Positions 29,605 to 39,501 of a stretch of 64,000 nt of DNA are shown piece after piece. The notes under the pieces were generated by a model that ran no database searches, was not told the origin of the DNA, and worked only from the letters and a program-made list of their open reading frames with translations. Each line of letters opens with the position of its first letter. Position 1 is the stretch's first letter. Origin of the DNA: Gemmatimonadota bacterium (GTDB lineage Bacteria; Gemmatimonadota; Gemmatimonadetes; Palauibacterales; Palauibacteraceae). Made by a program: the position numbers and the translations under genes. Where the stretch lies: NCBI GenBank assembly GCA_046758745.1, contig JBHIAV010000002.1:1-64000 (forward strand), read 5' to 3'.

Positions 29605-31254
29605 CTACGCCATCTCGCGCAGGGCGGCAACGATCCTGTCCTTCGCCCACCCGCGGATCACCGGCTTCCACGCCCACCCGAACAGCGATGCGAGCGCTCC
29701 CGGGCGGATCTCGGCCAGCAGTCGGTCCGCCTCGCGCTCGATCAGCGCCTCGAGCTGCCGGCGCGACTCGGGTGGGATCGAGTCGAAGGAAGGCTCGAGC
29801 TCCACGACCTCGTATGCCGCCGCCTCCTCCGGCTCGTAATCGATGACGTCGCCGAGGTGCTGCTCGATGAGTCGGCGGGCGTCGCGGCGGCCCGCGCGAA
29901 AGTCGTTGGCCCGCCACTCACGGTTGAAGAAGCCGCCGAAGTTGCCCATGAAGTCGCCCGAGAGCTGCCCGCTCTCGGCCGGTGCCACGAGGTAGAGGGC
30001 CATTCGCTCCTTGTCCCGAAGCCCGCACGCCGCCTCGAGCACGAAGATGAACTTGGCGAGCCGCGCGCGGCCGACCCGGCTCTCCTCACGCGAAAGCACC
30101 GAGGCGTAGCGGGGGTCTTTCTCGATCCGGCGCTGGTTCTCGTCCAGGTACTCCAGTACAGGATCCCCCGGTCCGGAGGCGGTGGGAGCGCGGCGCACGG
30201 TCACCTTCATCTCGGCCACCCGCTCCGCGAGCTCCCCGATCCGCCGGCCGAGCACCACCGCCTCCGGATCGCCGAGTCGCTGGTTCATCTCGGGGATTCG
30301 CTCCACGATCGCCTGCAGGATCTCCAGCCGGACGTTGACCTTGTTGGCGCGAATCCAGTCCTTCGCGGCCCCCTGCCCGAGGACGGCGCTCGCCAGCAGC
30401 CCGGCGAGCTGCGCGGGAGAGCCGGTGATCCCGGCCCCGCCGTCGTCCTCGCCTGAAGCGCTGCGGAGCGAAGGCTCGACCATGATGTACCGCCAGTCCG
30501 CTTCTCGGTGATCAGGCGACCGCTCGACCAGCCGCTTGGCGAGTCCGAGCGGCGTGTTGTCGAACAGGCCGCCGTCGGCGTACCACATCTCCACCGTGCC
30601 GTCCTCCGCCGCCTCCGGCAGGCGGGCGCCCGGATAATCGGCGATGCGTCGGCGGAGGCGACGAGGCGGGAACGCGAATGGGAAGCTGCCGGAGGCGAGG
30701 GCCGCCTCCCGGATCTCCTCCCAAACCGGGTCGCCGGCCCGGTTCTCCCTTCGCAGCTCGAACTCGATCCAGTCGGCGTACAGTCGCGTGCCGTAGAATC
30801 GGTCGGGAACATTGAGAAAGCCGTACCGGAAGTCGTACCGGACGCCGCGGAGATTGGAGAGGGTGAGCGCGAGCCTGAGGGGCTCGCCCAGCGTCTCCGA
30901 TGGCTCGTCGTCGGAAGCAGGGTCTGCGGCGATCAGGGCGTCGGCGAGCTGTTCGACGGCCGAGGCGTCGAACCACCCGGAGCGGTCCGATCGGTCCGGG
31001 TTCAAGAGGGCGGCCGCATCCGCCCCGTCGACCCAGGCACGCTCGATCCACGGCAGGAGATGCACGTTCACCGTGACCGCGCGCGCCACCAGCCCCGCCG
31101 TGAGGGCTCCAGCGGAAGCTCCGGTCACCACGTCGAGGGTGACGCGCTCCCGGGACCGGTTGCCCATGAGGGCGCGGAGGATCTCGGTCGCGGCACCGCC
31201 GACGTAGCTACCGAGGGAGGCGCCTCCGCTCAGAATCAGGGCGACTCTCGTCAT
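29605..31254 (-). CDS. Patatin-like phospholipase
   Basis: SGGASLG oxyanion loop, GASAG nucleophile, FPFAF, DGG. Confidence 0.88.
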   Translation of the reverse strand: MTRVALILSGGASLGSYVGGAATEILRALMGNRSRERVTLDVVTGASAGALTAGLVARAVTVNVHLLPWIERAWVDGADAAALLNPDRSDRSGWFDASAVEQLADALIAADPASDDEPSETLGEPLRLALTLSNLRGVRYDFRYGFLNVPDRFYGTRLYADWIEFELRRENRAGDPVWEEIREAALASGSFPFAFPPRRLRRRIADYPGARLPEAAEDGTVEMWYADGGLFDNTPLGLAKRLVERSPDHREADWRYIMVEPSLRSASGEDDGGAGITGSPAQLAGLLASAVLGQGAAKDWIRANKVNVRLEILQAIVERIPEMNQRLGDPEAVVLGRRIGELAERVAEMKVTVRRAPTASGPGDPVLEYLDENQRRIEKDPRYASVLSREESRVGRARLAKFIFVLEAACGLRDKERMALYLVAPAESGQLSGDFMGNFGGFFNREWRANDFRAGRRDARRLIEQHLGDVIDYEPEEAAAYEVVELEPSFDSIPPESRRQLEALIEREADRLLAEIRPGALASLFGWAWKPVIRGWAKDRIVAALREMA

Positions 31255-31521
31255 CCTCCTCCGTGTCGTGCATGTGGAACGCCAAAGTGCGCGGGCGCTT
31301 GGGAGGCGGCAAGCGCCGGGGACGGCTCCTGATGCCCGGTTGGTTTCGAGCGATTCGGCGGCCGAGACAGGGAACGGGAACCGGCGGGCGAGCTCCTTTG
31401 TTAGTGAATTTCGGGACGGACGCTCAGCGGCCGTCCGTACGTCTTCGCGCCCAGCGGTTCGAGCCTCGCCGCGAAGTGTTGGAGCCGTACGGGCGGCCCC
31501 TCTTCTTGCCCCGCTACAGCC

Positions 31522-32649
31522 TCACTCCTCCGGAGTCGCCGGTGCGACCGGCGGCACCTCGATCTCGAGCAGGCTGCCGGCGTCGAGGCTCTGTCCGGCC
31601 ACGTACAAGGACCAGTGGAGGTGTGGGGCGGTCACCCGCCCTGTCGCTCCCACCTCCCCGATGACGTCGCCGGCCTCCACGAGGTCGCCCTCCTGAACAA
31701 GGATCCGCGAGAGGTGAAAGTAGCCGGTGTAGAGCCCGACGCCGTGATCCAGATACACGGCCCCCCCGGCGAAATAGAGGTGGTCCGCCAGCGCGACGCG
31801 GCCGCGAGCGGCGGCGCGCACGGGGTCGCCGGCGCGACCCGCGAGATCGACCCCCATGTGGCGGCTCCGAAGCTCGCCGTTGAACACGCGGCGCTGGCCA
31901 TACGGGCTGTTGATGCGTCCCCGCCGGGGCCAGCGGAACCCACCCTCGATGAGCCATTCGGGCGTGACACGTGCGAGGGTCTCCCGGACCCGGGCCCGCT
32001 CGCGCTTGATCCGCTCGAGGGCCTCGGGCGTCGGAGAGGAGAAGCGGGGGTCGACGCGGAGGCGGGTCGCGGGGAAGGTACGCGACCTCACATGGATCGT
32101 GGTCCGCTGCTCGACGGCGGAGTCCGCCGCCACCCCGATGCGCAGCGACAACTCCACGGGGCCGGAGAGACCGATGGGGATCGGCGCCACCCCGAACCAA
32201 CCGCTCCCGAGCCGTGCGAACCGCACCGGCCGCCCGTCGAGGGAGCCCTCCACCGCCTGGGCGACGCGCCTACCGGCGGGCTCGAACAACCACACGCCCA
32301 CTGCGGTCCCCTCTGCGGGAGCGGCGGGAGTCCAGCGGATCCCGAACGGCCTGATGGCCGGGAGGGATAGCTCGATGGGGGTAGGGCTGGGGAGAGCGGC
32401 CGACGCGACTCGCGCCACGATCGTCGCCCGCTGGCCCTCGCGGGGCTCGGCGTCACGCCGGGCGGAGTCGGAGGTAGCAGCCGGGGGAGCCGTGGGCCGG
32501 GCGGCTCCGGCGCCGGGCGGCATCCGCTCCGCGGCGGCGCCAGCGCACCCGGCGAGCGCCACTATGCCCAGCGCGCACCCGGCACGCGCCGCTATGGCCA
32601 GCGCGCCCCGCAGGGCCGGGCGGCCCCGGATCGGCATTCGCTCGCTCAT
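31522..32649 (-). CDS. M23 family metallopeptidase lipoprotein
   Basis: LAGC lipobox; HMGVD, YFHLS, TAPHLHW. Confidence 0.88.
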   Translation of the reverse strand: MSERMPIRGRPALRGALAIAARAGCALGIVALAGCAGAAAERMPPGAGAARPTAPPAATSDSARRDAEPREGQRATIVARVASAALPSPTPIELSLPAIRPFGIRWTPAAPAEGTAVGVWLFEPAGRRVAQAVEGSLDGRPVRFARLGSGWFGVAPIPIGLSGPVELSLRIGVAADSAVEQRTTIHVRSRTFPATRLRVDPRFSSPTPEALERIKRERARVRETLARVTPEWLIEGGFRWPRRGRINSPYGQRRVFNGELRSRHMGVDLAGRAGDPVRAAARGRVALADHLYFAGGAVYLDHGVGLYTGYFHLSRILVQEGDLVEAGDVIGEVGATGRVTAPHLHWSLYVAGQSLDAGSLLEIEVPPVAPATPEE

Positions 32650-32909
32650 GACCGGGCAGAGGATGGCCGGTCGGGAGCCGCCGGGCAACGCAGCGGCCTC
32701 GCACCGCGAGTGATGGCAGGCCGTGCGCGCTCGCCCGCCGGCAGCTGCCTCCATCCCGCTCCCGAGCGCGAGCTTCCAGCGGGCGGTGTCGCTTCCCGAG
32801 CGTCGGCATCGGCATTGGCCGGCGCGGCTGCCGCCCCCGTAACATGGAGGGGGGCGTCAACTGCCTCTCATCGGCCGTGGAGTGCCCGCAGAGGATCCGG
32901 AGAGAAGCG

Positions 32910-33320
32910 ATGAGCGGACGAAGCACGGAGGGAGACGGCCCGAGAGCGGGGATCGAGCCCGGGAGGGGCGAGCGCTTCGCGGACCTCCTCCGAATGGCTC
33001 TCGGGGTGACCTTCGTCATCGGCGGCGCCAAGCTCGCGTTTGCGGCAGACCCTCGGGCGCTGGCGGCGGCGTACACCGACCCTGTGTCCGGCTGGATCGC
33101 CCCCCTTTTCGTCGATAGGATCACCGCCGATCTCGGTCTCTCCGTCCCGGGGTTCCTGCGCGCGCAGGGATTCGTGGAGATCGGTCTCGGGGCGGTTCTC
33201 ATCGGCGGCATCTTCACCCGGATCGCAGCGGTCCTGGCCGGTGTGCTCTTCTGGTCCTTTGCCGTTGCTAACCCGGCGACCGGGGAGATACGACTCAGCC
33301 GGGACATTGCCCTCATGGGG
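32910..33320 (+). pseudogene. DoxX-like membrane protein, apparently 3'-truncated
   Basis: LLRMALG.TFV.GG..K, EIGLG..LI.G.FTR.AA, RDIALMG. The frame then runs as non-protein-like sequence into the next gene (stop at 33557). Confidence 0.5.
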
Positions 33321-33445
33321 AGGCGGGCGGACGGCGAACGATTTGGTTGCCCGCCCTGCAACCCCCCGGTAGCTTTGATTCGCTCAGCCCGACCGGGCCG
33401 AGATCCCGCTGGACTGCGAACAATCTCGAACCACGGTCAGCCCAC

Positions 33446-34627
33446 ATGCACGTTTTCGCGAAATGCGAGAACTTCAGCACCGCCGAGGATCTGCGGCAGC
33501 GGGGGCTCTACCCCTACTTCCAACCGATCGAGGAGTCGTGTGATACGGAGGTGGTGATCGGCGGGGAGAAGAAGATCATGGTCGGCTCCAATAACTACAT
33601 GGGGCTGACCCACGATCCCCGCATCATTGAGGCCGCGAAAAAAGCGCTCGAGCGATATGGCAGCGGGAACACCGGGAGTCGCTTCCTGAACGGGAACCTG
33701 GACCTGCACGACAGACTCGAGGAGGAGCTGGCCGACTTCATCGGCAAGGATGCGGCCCTCGTGTTCAGCACGGGATATCAGACCAACCTCGGAGCCCTCG
33801 GAGCGCTGATCGGTCGGAACGACACCGTCTACCTGGACAAGCTGGATCACGCCTGCATTCAGGACGGCGCCCGCCTCGGCTTCGGCGAGGTACAGCGGTT
33901 CAAGCACGCCGATCACCGGATCCTGGATCGGATGCTCTCCTCCGCGAAGCCCTACCGAGGAAAGCTGATCGTGGTAGACGGCGTGTACAGTATGGAGGGA
34001 GACATCGCCGATCTCCCCACCCTAGTGGAGCTGAGAGAGAAGTACGATGCGGGCCTGATGGTGGACGACGCCCACTCGCTCGGGGTGCTGGGACCGAGCG
34101 GCGCCGGGACCGCCGAACACTTCGGCCTCACCGATCAGGTAGACATCGTCACGGGCACGTTCAGCAAGTCTCTCGCCTCCATCGGCGGGTTCGTCGCCGC
34201 TTCCAGGGAGATCATCGACTACCTCCGGAACAACTCCCGGGCGCTCATCTTCAGCGCCAGCATGCCTCCATCCGCGGTTGCGACCGTGCGCACCGCCCTT
34301 CGGGTCATTCGAGAGGAACCGGAGCGGCGAGATCGTCTGTGGAGTAACGCACGCAAGATGATGGAGGGGTTCCGCTCCATCGGCTTCGACATCGGCCCCA
34401 CCGAGACGCCCATCGTCCCGATCCTCATCGGTCCGATGGAGAAGACCTTCCGTATCTGGAGGGAGCTGTTCGACGCGGGCGTCTTCACGAACCCGGTCGT
34501 TCCACCGGCCGTCCCCGAGGGCAGCTGCCGCCTGCGAACGAGCTACATGGCCACGCACACGGACGAGCAGCTCGAGTACGTCCTCGAGTGCGTAGAGCGG
34601 ATCGGGAAGAGACACCAGGTCGTGTGA
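33446..34627 (+). CDS. spt: Serine palmitoyltransferase (alpha-oxoamine synthase family)
   Basis: GLYPYF..IE N-terminus, GSNNYMGL, GSRFLNG, DKLDHAC, DDAH, GTFSKSL, IFSAS, NPVVPPA. Closely resembles Bacteroidota-type Spt as I recall it; gene context agrees. Confidence 0.8.
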   Translation: MHVFAKCENFSTAEDLRQRGLYPYFQPIEESCDTEVVIGGEKKIMVGSNNYMGLTHDPRIIEAAKKALERYGSGNTGSRFLNGNLDLHDRLEEELADFIGKDAALVFSTGYQTNLGALGALIGRNDTVYLDKLDHACIQDGARLGFGEVQRFKHADHRILDRMLSSAKPYRGKLIVVDGVYSMEGDIADLPTLVELREKYDAGLMVDDAHSLGVLGPSGAGTAEHFGLTDQVDIVTGTFSKSLASIGGFVAASREIIDYLRNNSRALIFSASMPPSAVATVRTALRVIREEPERRDRLWSNARKMMEGFRSIGFDIGPTETPIVPILIGPMEKTFRIWRELFDAGVFTNPVVPPAVPEGSCRLRTSYMATHTDEQLEYVLECVERIGKRHQVV

Positions 34628-35769
34628 CCGCTCACCGGAACGATATCCGGGTCGTTCCCGTCAGGAGCCGGACGGAACGCCGCGCTTTCCTCCGCCTCCC
34701 GTACCGCATCTATCGCCGCGACAGGAACTGGGTCGCGCCTCTCCTGCACGACATGCGCGTGATGCTGGATCCGGAGCGTCATCCCTTCCATCGGCACTCC
34801 GAGGTGCAGCCGTTCCTGGCGGTCGAGGGCGGCCGCCCGGTAGGGCGGATCTCGGCCATCCACAACCGCCGCCACGTCGAGTTCCACAGGGAGCCGGTCG
34901 GATTCTACGGCTTCTTCGAGTGCGTGGACGACCAGGCAGTGGCGGACGCGCTGTTCGATGCGGCGGGGGCGTGGCTGGGGGAGCGGGGGCTGGAGACGAT
35001 GCGGGGACCGACGAGCTTTTCCACGAACGAGCAAGCCGGCCTGCTCATCGAGGGGTTCGATCGACCGCCGGTCATCATGATGCCGTACAATCCGCCCTAT
35101 TACCCGGTCCTTACCGAGGGGGCCGGGTTCGGGACGGCGAAGACGCTGGTGGCGTACGTGCACGCCGACCAGCGACCTCCGGAGCGCCTGCTGCGCGCGG
35201 AGAAGAGGCTCGGCAGACGCTACGGCGTACGGCTGCGGGGCCTGCGGATGGACCGGTTCGAGGAGGAGCTCGACCACATCCGTCGCATCTACAACGCCGC
35301 ATGGGAGAAGAACTGGGGCTTCGTGCCGATGACCGACGCCGAGATCGCGTTCATGGCCAAGGAGCTGAAGCCCCTCGTGAAGAAGGACCCCGATCTGGTC
35401 ATGATGGCCGAGAATGTGGCGGGCGAGCCGATCGGGTTCGCCCTCTGTCTGCGGGACTACAACGTGGCGCTCGCGCCGGCGCGCGGGAAGCTGTTCCCAT
35501 TCGGGGTCTTCAAGATCCTGTGGAAGGTGGCCCGGGCGAAGCGGATCCACGGGGCGCGAGTCCTCACCCTCGGCCTCCTTCCCGAATACCGCGGGCGGGG
35601 GATCGACTCCCTCCTCTACCTTCGCATCTTCCGCAAGGGGACAGCGGCCGGAATCACCGAGGCGGAGTTCTCCTGGGTGCTGGAGGACAACGAGCCGATG
35701 CGCCGGCCGCTCGAGCGCATCGGAGCCAGGGTGTATAAGCGGTACCGGGTGTACGACCGGGCGCTGTGA
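34624..35769 (+). CDS. GNAT-family acyltransferase, probable bacterial ceramide synthase (bCerS-like)
   Basis: GTGA overlap with spt; WVAPL, VGRISA, GFFE, RGP, MPYNPPYY, WGFVP, SWVLEDN. Confidence 0.75.
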   Translation: MTAHRNDIRVVPVRSRTERRAFLRLPYRIYRRDRNWVAPLLHDMRVMLDPERHPFHRHSEVQPFLAVEGGRPVGRISAIHNRRHVEFHREPVGFYGFFECVDDQAVADALFDAAGAWLGERGLETMRGPTSFSTNEQAGLLIEGFDRPPVIMMPYNPPYYPVLTEGAGFGTAKTLVAYVHADQRPPERLLRAEKRLGRRYGVRLRGLRMDRFEEELDHIRRIYNAAWEKNWGFVPMTDAEIAFMAKELKPLVKKDPDLVMMAENVAGEPIGFALCLRDYNVALAPARGKLFPFGVFKILWKVARAKRIHGARVLTLGLLPEYRGRGIDSLLYLRIFRKGTAAGITEAEFSWVLEDNEPMRRPLERIGARVYKRYRVYDRAL

Positions 35770-35905
35770 GCGTCGCTCCGAGGCGCCCCGCCGCCGGTGG
35801 CGTGGTCACCGCCCCCCGGGCGGCGCGCCGTCCCCCGCCGTTGGTGCGCGATCCGGCCGGCATCCGGCCCCACCACCCGCCGGATCTCGCCTGCGGATCA
35901 AGGGA

Positions 35906-37018
35906 ATGAGCGAGCGCACCGTCCTCGTCACCGGGGCCACCGGCTTCGTGGGGAGCCACATCGCGGGGGCCCTCGAAGAGGCCGGGTGGAGGGTTCGCTG
36001 TGCCGTCCGGGCCACGAGCGACCGCGTTTGGCTGGCGGGGCTACGGGCCGAGCGCGTCACGGTCGATGTTGCGGCCGAGGAGGGCCTGGCGGAGGCCGTG
36101 CGCGGTGCCTCTGCGGTCGTCCACTCGGCCGGGCTCACGCGAGCGGTCGACGAGCGGGAGTACTTTCGGGTGAACGCCGAGGGTACCGGGGCGCTGGCGA
36201 GGGCCGCGGCCCGGGCGGGAGTGCGGCGTTTCGTGCTGATCAGCAGCCTGGCGGCACGCGGGCCGGACCTTGAGACGGGGCCGGCCGGGTCGGGCGGCCC
36301 CGGCGGCGAGATCGGGAGCGAGGCCGTGGCGATGGCATGCGAGGAGGAGGGGGCAGGTGAGGTGGCGGAGGGGGAGGCGGCCCCGGAGGAAGGGGCGAAC
36401 GAGCGGGTTGCGGAGGACCACCCGGTGAGCGAGTACGGCCGGAGCAAGCGAGAGGGCGAGGAGCTTGTGCGCGCGGTGGTCCGCGAGAGCGGGGGCGAGA
36501 TGCAAGCCGTGGTTCTCCGTCCCGGAGGCGTGTATGGGCCGCGCGACCGGGCCCTCCTCCCCCTCTTTCGGATGGCGGTTCGGGGCCGAGTGGTGGTTCC
36601 GCGAGCCGAGGGCGCCCTACAGCCGGTGTACGTGACCGACGTCGCGCGGGCGGCCCTCCTGGCGGCGGCGGGGCAGGGTGAGTTCGGCCCGTACGCCATC
36701 GCCGAACGCGCCAGGTACGACTGGCCGGACGTGGCGGCCGGTCTGGAGCGGGCGCTCGGCCGAGCCGTGCGCCTGCTACGCCTGCCTGCGTGGGCGTTCG
36801 AGCTGGCCGGCCTCGCGGCTGAGGGGGTGGCGCGGGCGGCCCGCCGTCCGCCGGCATTCGATCGCCGTCGGGCGGCGGATGTGGCACGCTTTCGCTGGAC
36901 GTGCGACCCGACGGAGAGCGAGGCCGCGCTCGGCTGGCGCGCCGAGGTGGGGCTCGGTGAAGGCCTGGCCCGCACGGCGGCGTGGTATCGGGAGGCGGGT
37001 TGGCTGCGGTACAGGTGA
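35906..37018 (+). CDS. NAD-dependent epimerase/reductase, probable ceramide reductase (CerR-like)
   Basis: TGATGFVG, ISSLAA, YGRSK, RP..VYGPRD; follows spt and the GNAT gene. Confidence 0.7.
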   Translation: MSERTVLVTGATGFVGSHIAGALEEAGWRVRCAVRATSDRVWLAGLRAERVTVDVAAEEGLAEAVRGASAVVHSAGLTRAVDEREYFRVNAEGTGALARAAARAGVRRFVLISSLAARGPDLETGPAGSGGPGGEIGSEAVAMACEEEGAGEVAEGEAAPEEGANERVAEDHPVSEYGRSKREGEELVRAVVRESGGEMQAVVLRPGGVYGPRDRALLPLFRMAVRGRVVVPRAEGALQPVYVTDVARAALLAAAGQGEFGPYAIAERARYDWPDVAAGLERALGRAVRLLRLPAWAFELAGLAAEGVARAARRPPAFDRRRAADVARFRWTCDPTESEAALGWRAEVGLGEGLARTAAWYREAGWLRYR

Positions 37019-37040
37019 GCCGGGCCCCCGAGGCCCGGCC

Positions 37041-38168
37041 ATGAGCGGCCCGGCGATCGGCGACGAGGGGATGGACGACGAGGCCGACACGGGCCGTCCC
37101 GTAGTCGGCGCCGCGGGGTATGCGATCCGCCGGGAAGCCGCGTCGCCGATTGCCATCGACTATCTGGCGATGGCCTACCTGGTGGTCACGGGCGGGCTGG
37201 CGGTGCTGAGCGGGACCGCGGTCGGCCTCCGGCTCGCCCTCGCCCACCTGGTGGCCGTCGGGCTTGTGCTTGCGCTCGCACACCGCCCGGTCCCGACCCG
37301 GCGTCTGCCGGCGTTCTTCCGCGTCGCCTATCCGCTCGCGGCCATGCCCCTCCTCTATCTGGAGCTGGCCACCCTCAACCAGCTCCAATTCCTGGGCTAC
37401 TTCGACCCCGTCGTTCAGGGGTGGGAGGCGGCGCTCTTCGGCTCCCAGCTCAGCGTCGATGCGAGCCGGTGGATACCCTCGTTGTGGGTCTCCGAGCTGA
37501 TGCATATGGGCTATTTCTCTTACTACTTCATCGTGCCGGGCGCGGCGATCGCCGTCTTCATGGGCCGCGAGGTGGCGGGCCTGGAGCGGCTCGCCTTCAC
37601 CGTATCGCTGGCCTTCTTGGTCTGCTACACCTGCTTCGCCGTCTTCCCCGTGGCCGGGCCGCGCTACGAGTTTCCCCCGATCGACGGGCCGCAGGTGAAC
37701 GGCGTCTTCTTCGCCCTGGTGCACCGCATCCTGGAAGGAGGGTCGTCCAAGGGAACCGCCTTCCCGAGCTCCCACGTGGCCGCGGCCGTCGCGGCGTGGT
37801 TGGCTACGCGGCAGGAGAGCCCACTCGCCTTCCGCATCGTGGCGCCGTTCGCGGCGACCCTGCTGCTGGGCACGGTGTACGGGAGATTCCACTACGGAGT
37901 CGACGCGGCGGCGGGGCTTCTCGTGGCATGGTGCTGTCACCGGGCGGCGCCCTGGCTGATCGGCCGGTTGGGCGCGGCGGGCGCCCCGCGAGATGGGCGC
38001 ACGGGCCGGGAGACCGAGGGGCTTGGCGGAGCGAGCCTCGTGACGGCCGATGCGAGCCCCGCGGCGGCCGATGCGAGCCCTGCGGCGGCCGATGCGAGCC
38101 CCGCGGCGGCCGATGCGAGCCCCGCGGCGCGCGCGAATCCCGAGGACGCACCGGGCAACCCCGCGTGA
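37041..38168 (+). CDS. PAP2-superfamily membrane protein (Aur1/IPC-synthase-like)
   Basis: Multi-TM; FPVAGP, AFPSSH, VYGRFHYGVD. Lacks the KxxxxxxRP C1 motif of phosphatases. Confidence 0.8.
   Translation: MSGPAIGDEGMDDEADTGRPVVGAAGYAIRREAASPIAIDYLAMAYLVVTGGLAVLSGTAVGLRLALAHLVAVGLVLALAHRPVPTRRLPAFFRVAYPLAAMPLLYLELATLNQLQFLGYFDPVVQGWEAALFGSQLSVDASRWIPSLWVSELMHMGYFSYYFIVPGAAIAVFMGREVAGLERLAFTVSLAFLVCYTCFAVFPVAGPRYEFPPIDGPQVNGVFFALVHRILEGGSSKGTAFPSSHVAAAVAAWLATRQESPLAFRIVAPFAATLLLGTVYGRFHYGVDAAAGLLVAWCCHRAAPWLIGRLGAAGAPRDGRTGRETEGLGGASLVTADASPAAADASPAAADASPAAADASPAARANPEDAPGNPA
38044..38127 (+). repeat. 21-bp tandem repeat x4 encoding (ADASPAA)n
   Basis: CGGCCGATGCGAGCCCYGCGG four times, in the C-terminal tail of the PAP2 gene. 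Confidence 0.95.
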
Positions 38169-38206
38169 CTCTCAGGGGTCCAAGTCGGTGTGAGGAGAGG
38201 CGTGAC

Positions 38207-38758
38207 GTGACCGAGGCCCTGCTCGTGGAGCGGGCGCGGGCCGGAGACCGGACGGCCATGAGCGCGCTGTACGAGGCGCATGGGCGGCGGGTCTTCACCG
38301 TAGTCCGCCGGCTGGTGGGGGACGACTACCTGGCGGAGGACGTGTCGCAGGATGCCTGGATTCGCGCATTCGAAAAGCTGCACCTGTTCCGCGGCGAGGC
38401 CGCGTTCGGAACCTGGCTCCACCGGCTGGCGGTGAACACGGCGCTGAACCGGCTGCGCCGCCACGGCCGCCGGGCGGACGTGGAAGCCTCGGCCGAGGTG
38501 CACGCCGGGGAGCGGGCCAGCCTCGACGACACGGTGCTGAACCAGCGCGTGCTGGCGCAGGCCCTCGATCGTCTACCGGATGGCTACCGCCAGGTACTCG
38601 TGCTTCACGATGTGGAAGGGCTCAAGCACGAGGAGATCGCGGAGAGTCTCGGCGTGTCGATCGGGACGTCGAAGTCGCAGCTGCACAAGGCGCGGGCGCG
38701 GATGAGGGAGATGCTCGCACCGAACTATGAGCGAACCGAAGTTGGCAACGATGTCTGA
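38207..38758 (+). CDS. ECF RNA polymerase sigma factor
   Basis: AEDVSQD, FGTWLHRLAVN, region 4 EEIAESLGVSIGTSKSQLHKAR. Confidence 0.93.
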   Translation: MTEALLVERARAGDRTAMSALYEAHGRRVFTVVRRLVGDDYLAEDVSQDAWIRAFEKLHLFRGEAAFGTWLHRLAVNTALNRLRRHGRRADVEASAEVHAGERASLDDTVLNQRVLAQALDRLPDGYRQVLVLHDVEGLKHEEIAESLGVSIGTSKSQLHKARARMREMLAPNYERTEVGNDV

Positions 38759-39500
38759 ACACCTAACGCTGGAACAGATCTCGGCCCTGCTGGACGAGCC
38801 GGATGCGGGCGCGAGGCGGCTGTCGCACCTGGAGGGGTGCGATGCCTGCCGCCGCGAGTACGAGCAGATGAGCCGTATGCGGATGGCGATCTCGGCGTTC
38901 GGAGAGCTGGAGCCACCCGCCGGACAGTGGGAGCGGATCCTCGAGCGGCTGCCGGTGCCGGCCGAGGGAGAAGCGGATGGAGAACGGGTGTCCGAGATCC
39001 CGGCCCGGCCGGACATTCAGCCGTGGTGGCAGCGGGCGCGGTGGCCGCTGCAGGCTGCGGCGATCCTGGTCCTGTTGGCAGGAGGGCTCGTCGTCGTTCT
39101 GAGGATGGGTGTGGCTCCCGGAACCGAGGAAGGAGATCTCTCGCGGATCGCCGAGACGGCCCCCGTGGGCCGCCCGGTCGCCGAGACGGGCGAGCCGCTC
39201 GCGGAGAGAGGGCCGGCCTTCCTCGGAGACCCCGAGGCTGCGTATCTCCAGACCGTGGCGGATCTGGCGGAGCTGCGCTCGCCGGAGCCCGGCGGCAGGG
39301 ACATTCGGCGGGATCCGGAGGCCGCGGCGGAGCAGCTGGCGCGGCTGGACGCAGTGCGGGATGCTCTGCGCGATGCCCTACAGAGGTCGCCGGCCGATCC
39401 CGTGCTCAACAACCTCCTTTTCGAGGTGATGGACGAGCGGGACGTGCTGGCGCGGCAGCTGGTCGAGACGCTCCGTCTCACCGACCTCGAGTATCGTTGA
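38751..39500 (+). CDS. Zinc-finger (HxxxCxxC) membrane anti-sigma factor
   Basis: HLEGCDAC, single TM, overlaps the sigma stop. Confidence 0.85.
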   Translation: MSEHLTLEQISALLDEPDAGARRLSHLEGCDACRREYEQMSRMRMAISAFGELEPPAGQWERILERLPVPAEGEADGERVSEIPARPDIQPWWQRARWPLQAAAILVLLAGGLVVVLRMGVAPGTEEGDLSRIAETAPVGRPVAETGEPLAERGPAFLGDPEAAYLQTVADLAELRSPEPGGRDIRRDPEAAAEQLARLDAVRDALRDALQRSPADPVLNNLLFEVMDERDVLARQLVETLRLTDLEYR

Positions 39501-39501
39501 C

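Noticed and set aside
29605-31254. Patatin as a CBASS or other defence effector
   Set aside because: No nucleotidyltransferase or other defence genes adjacent.
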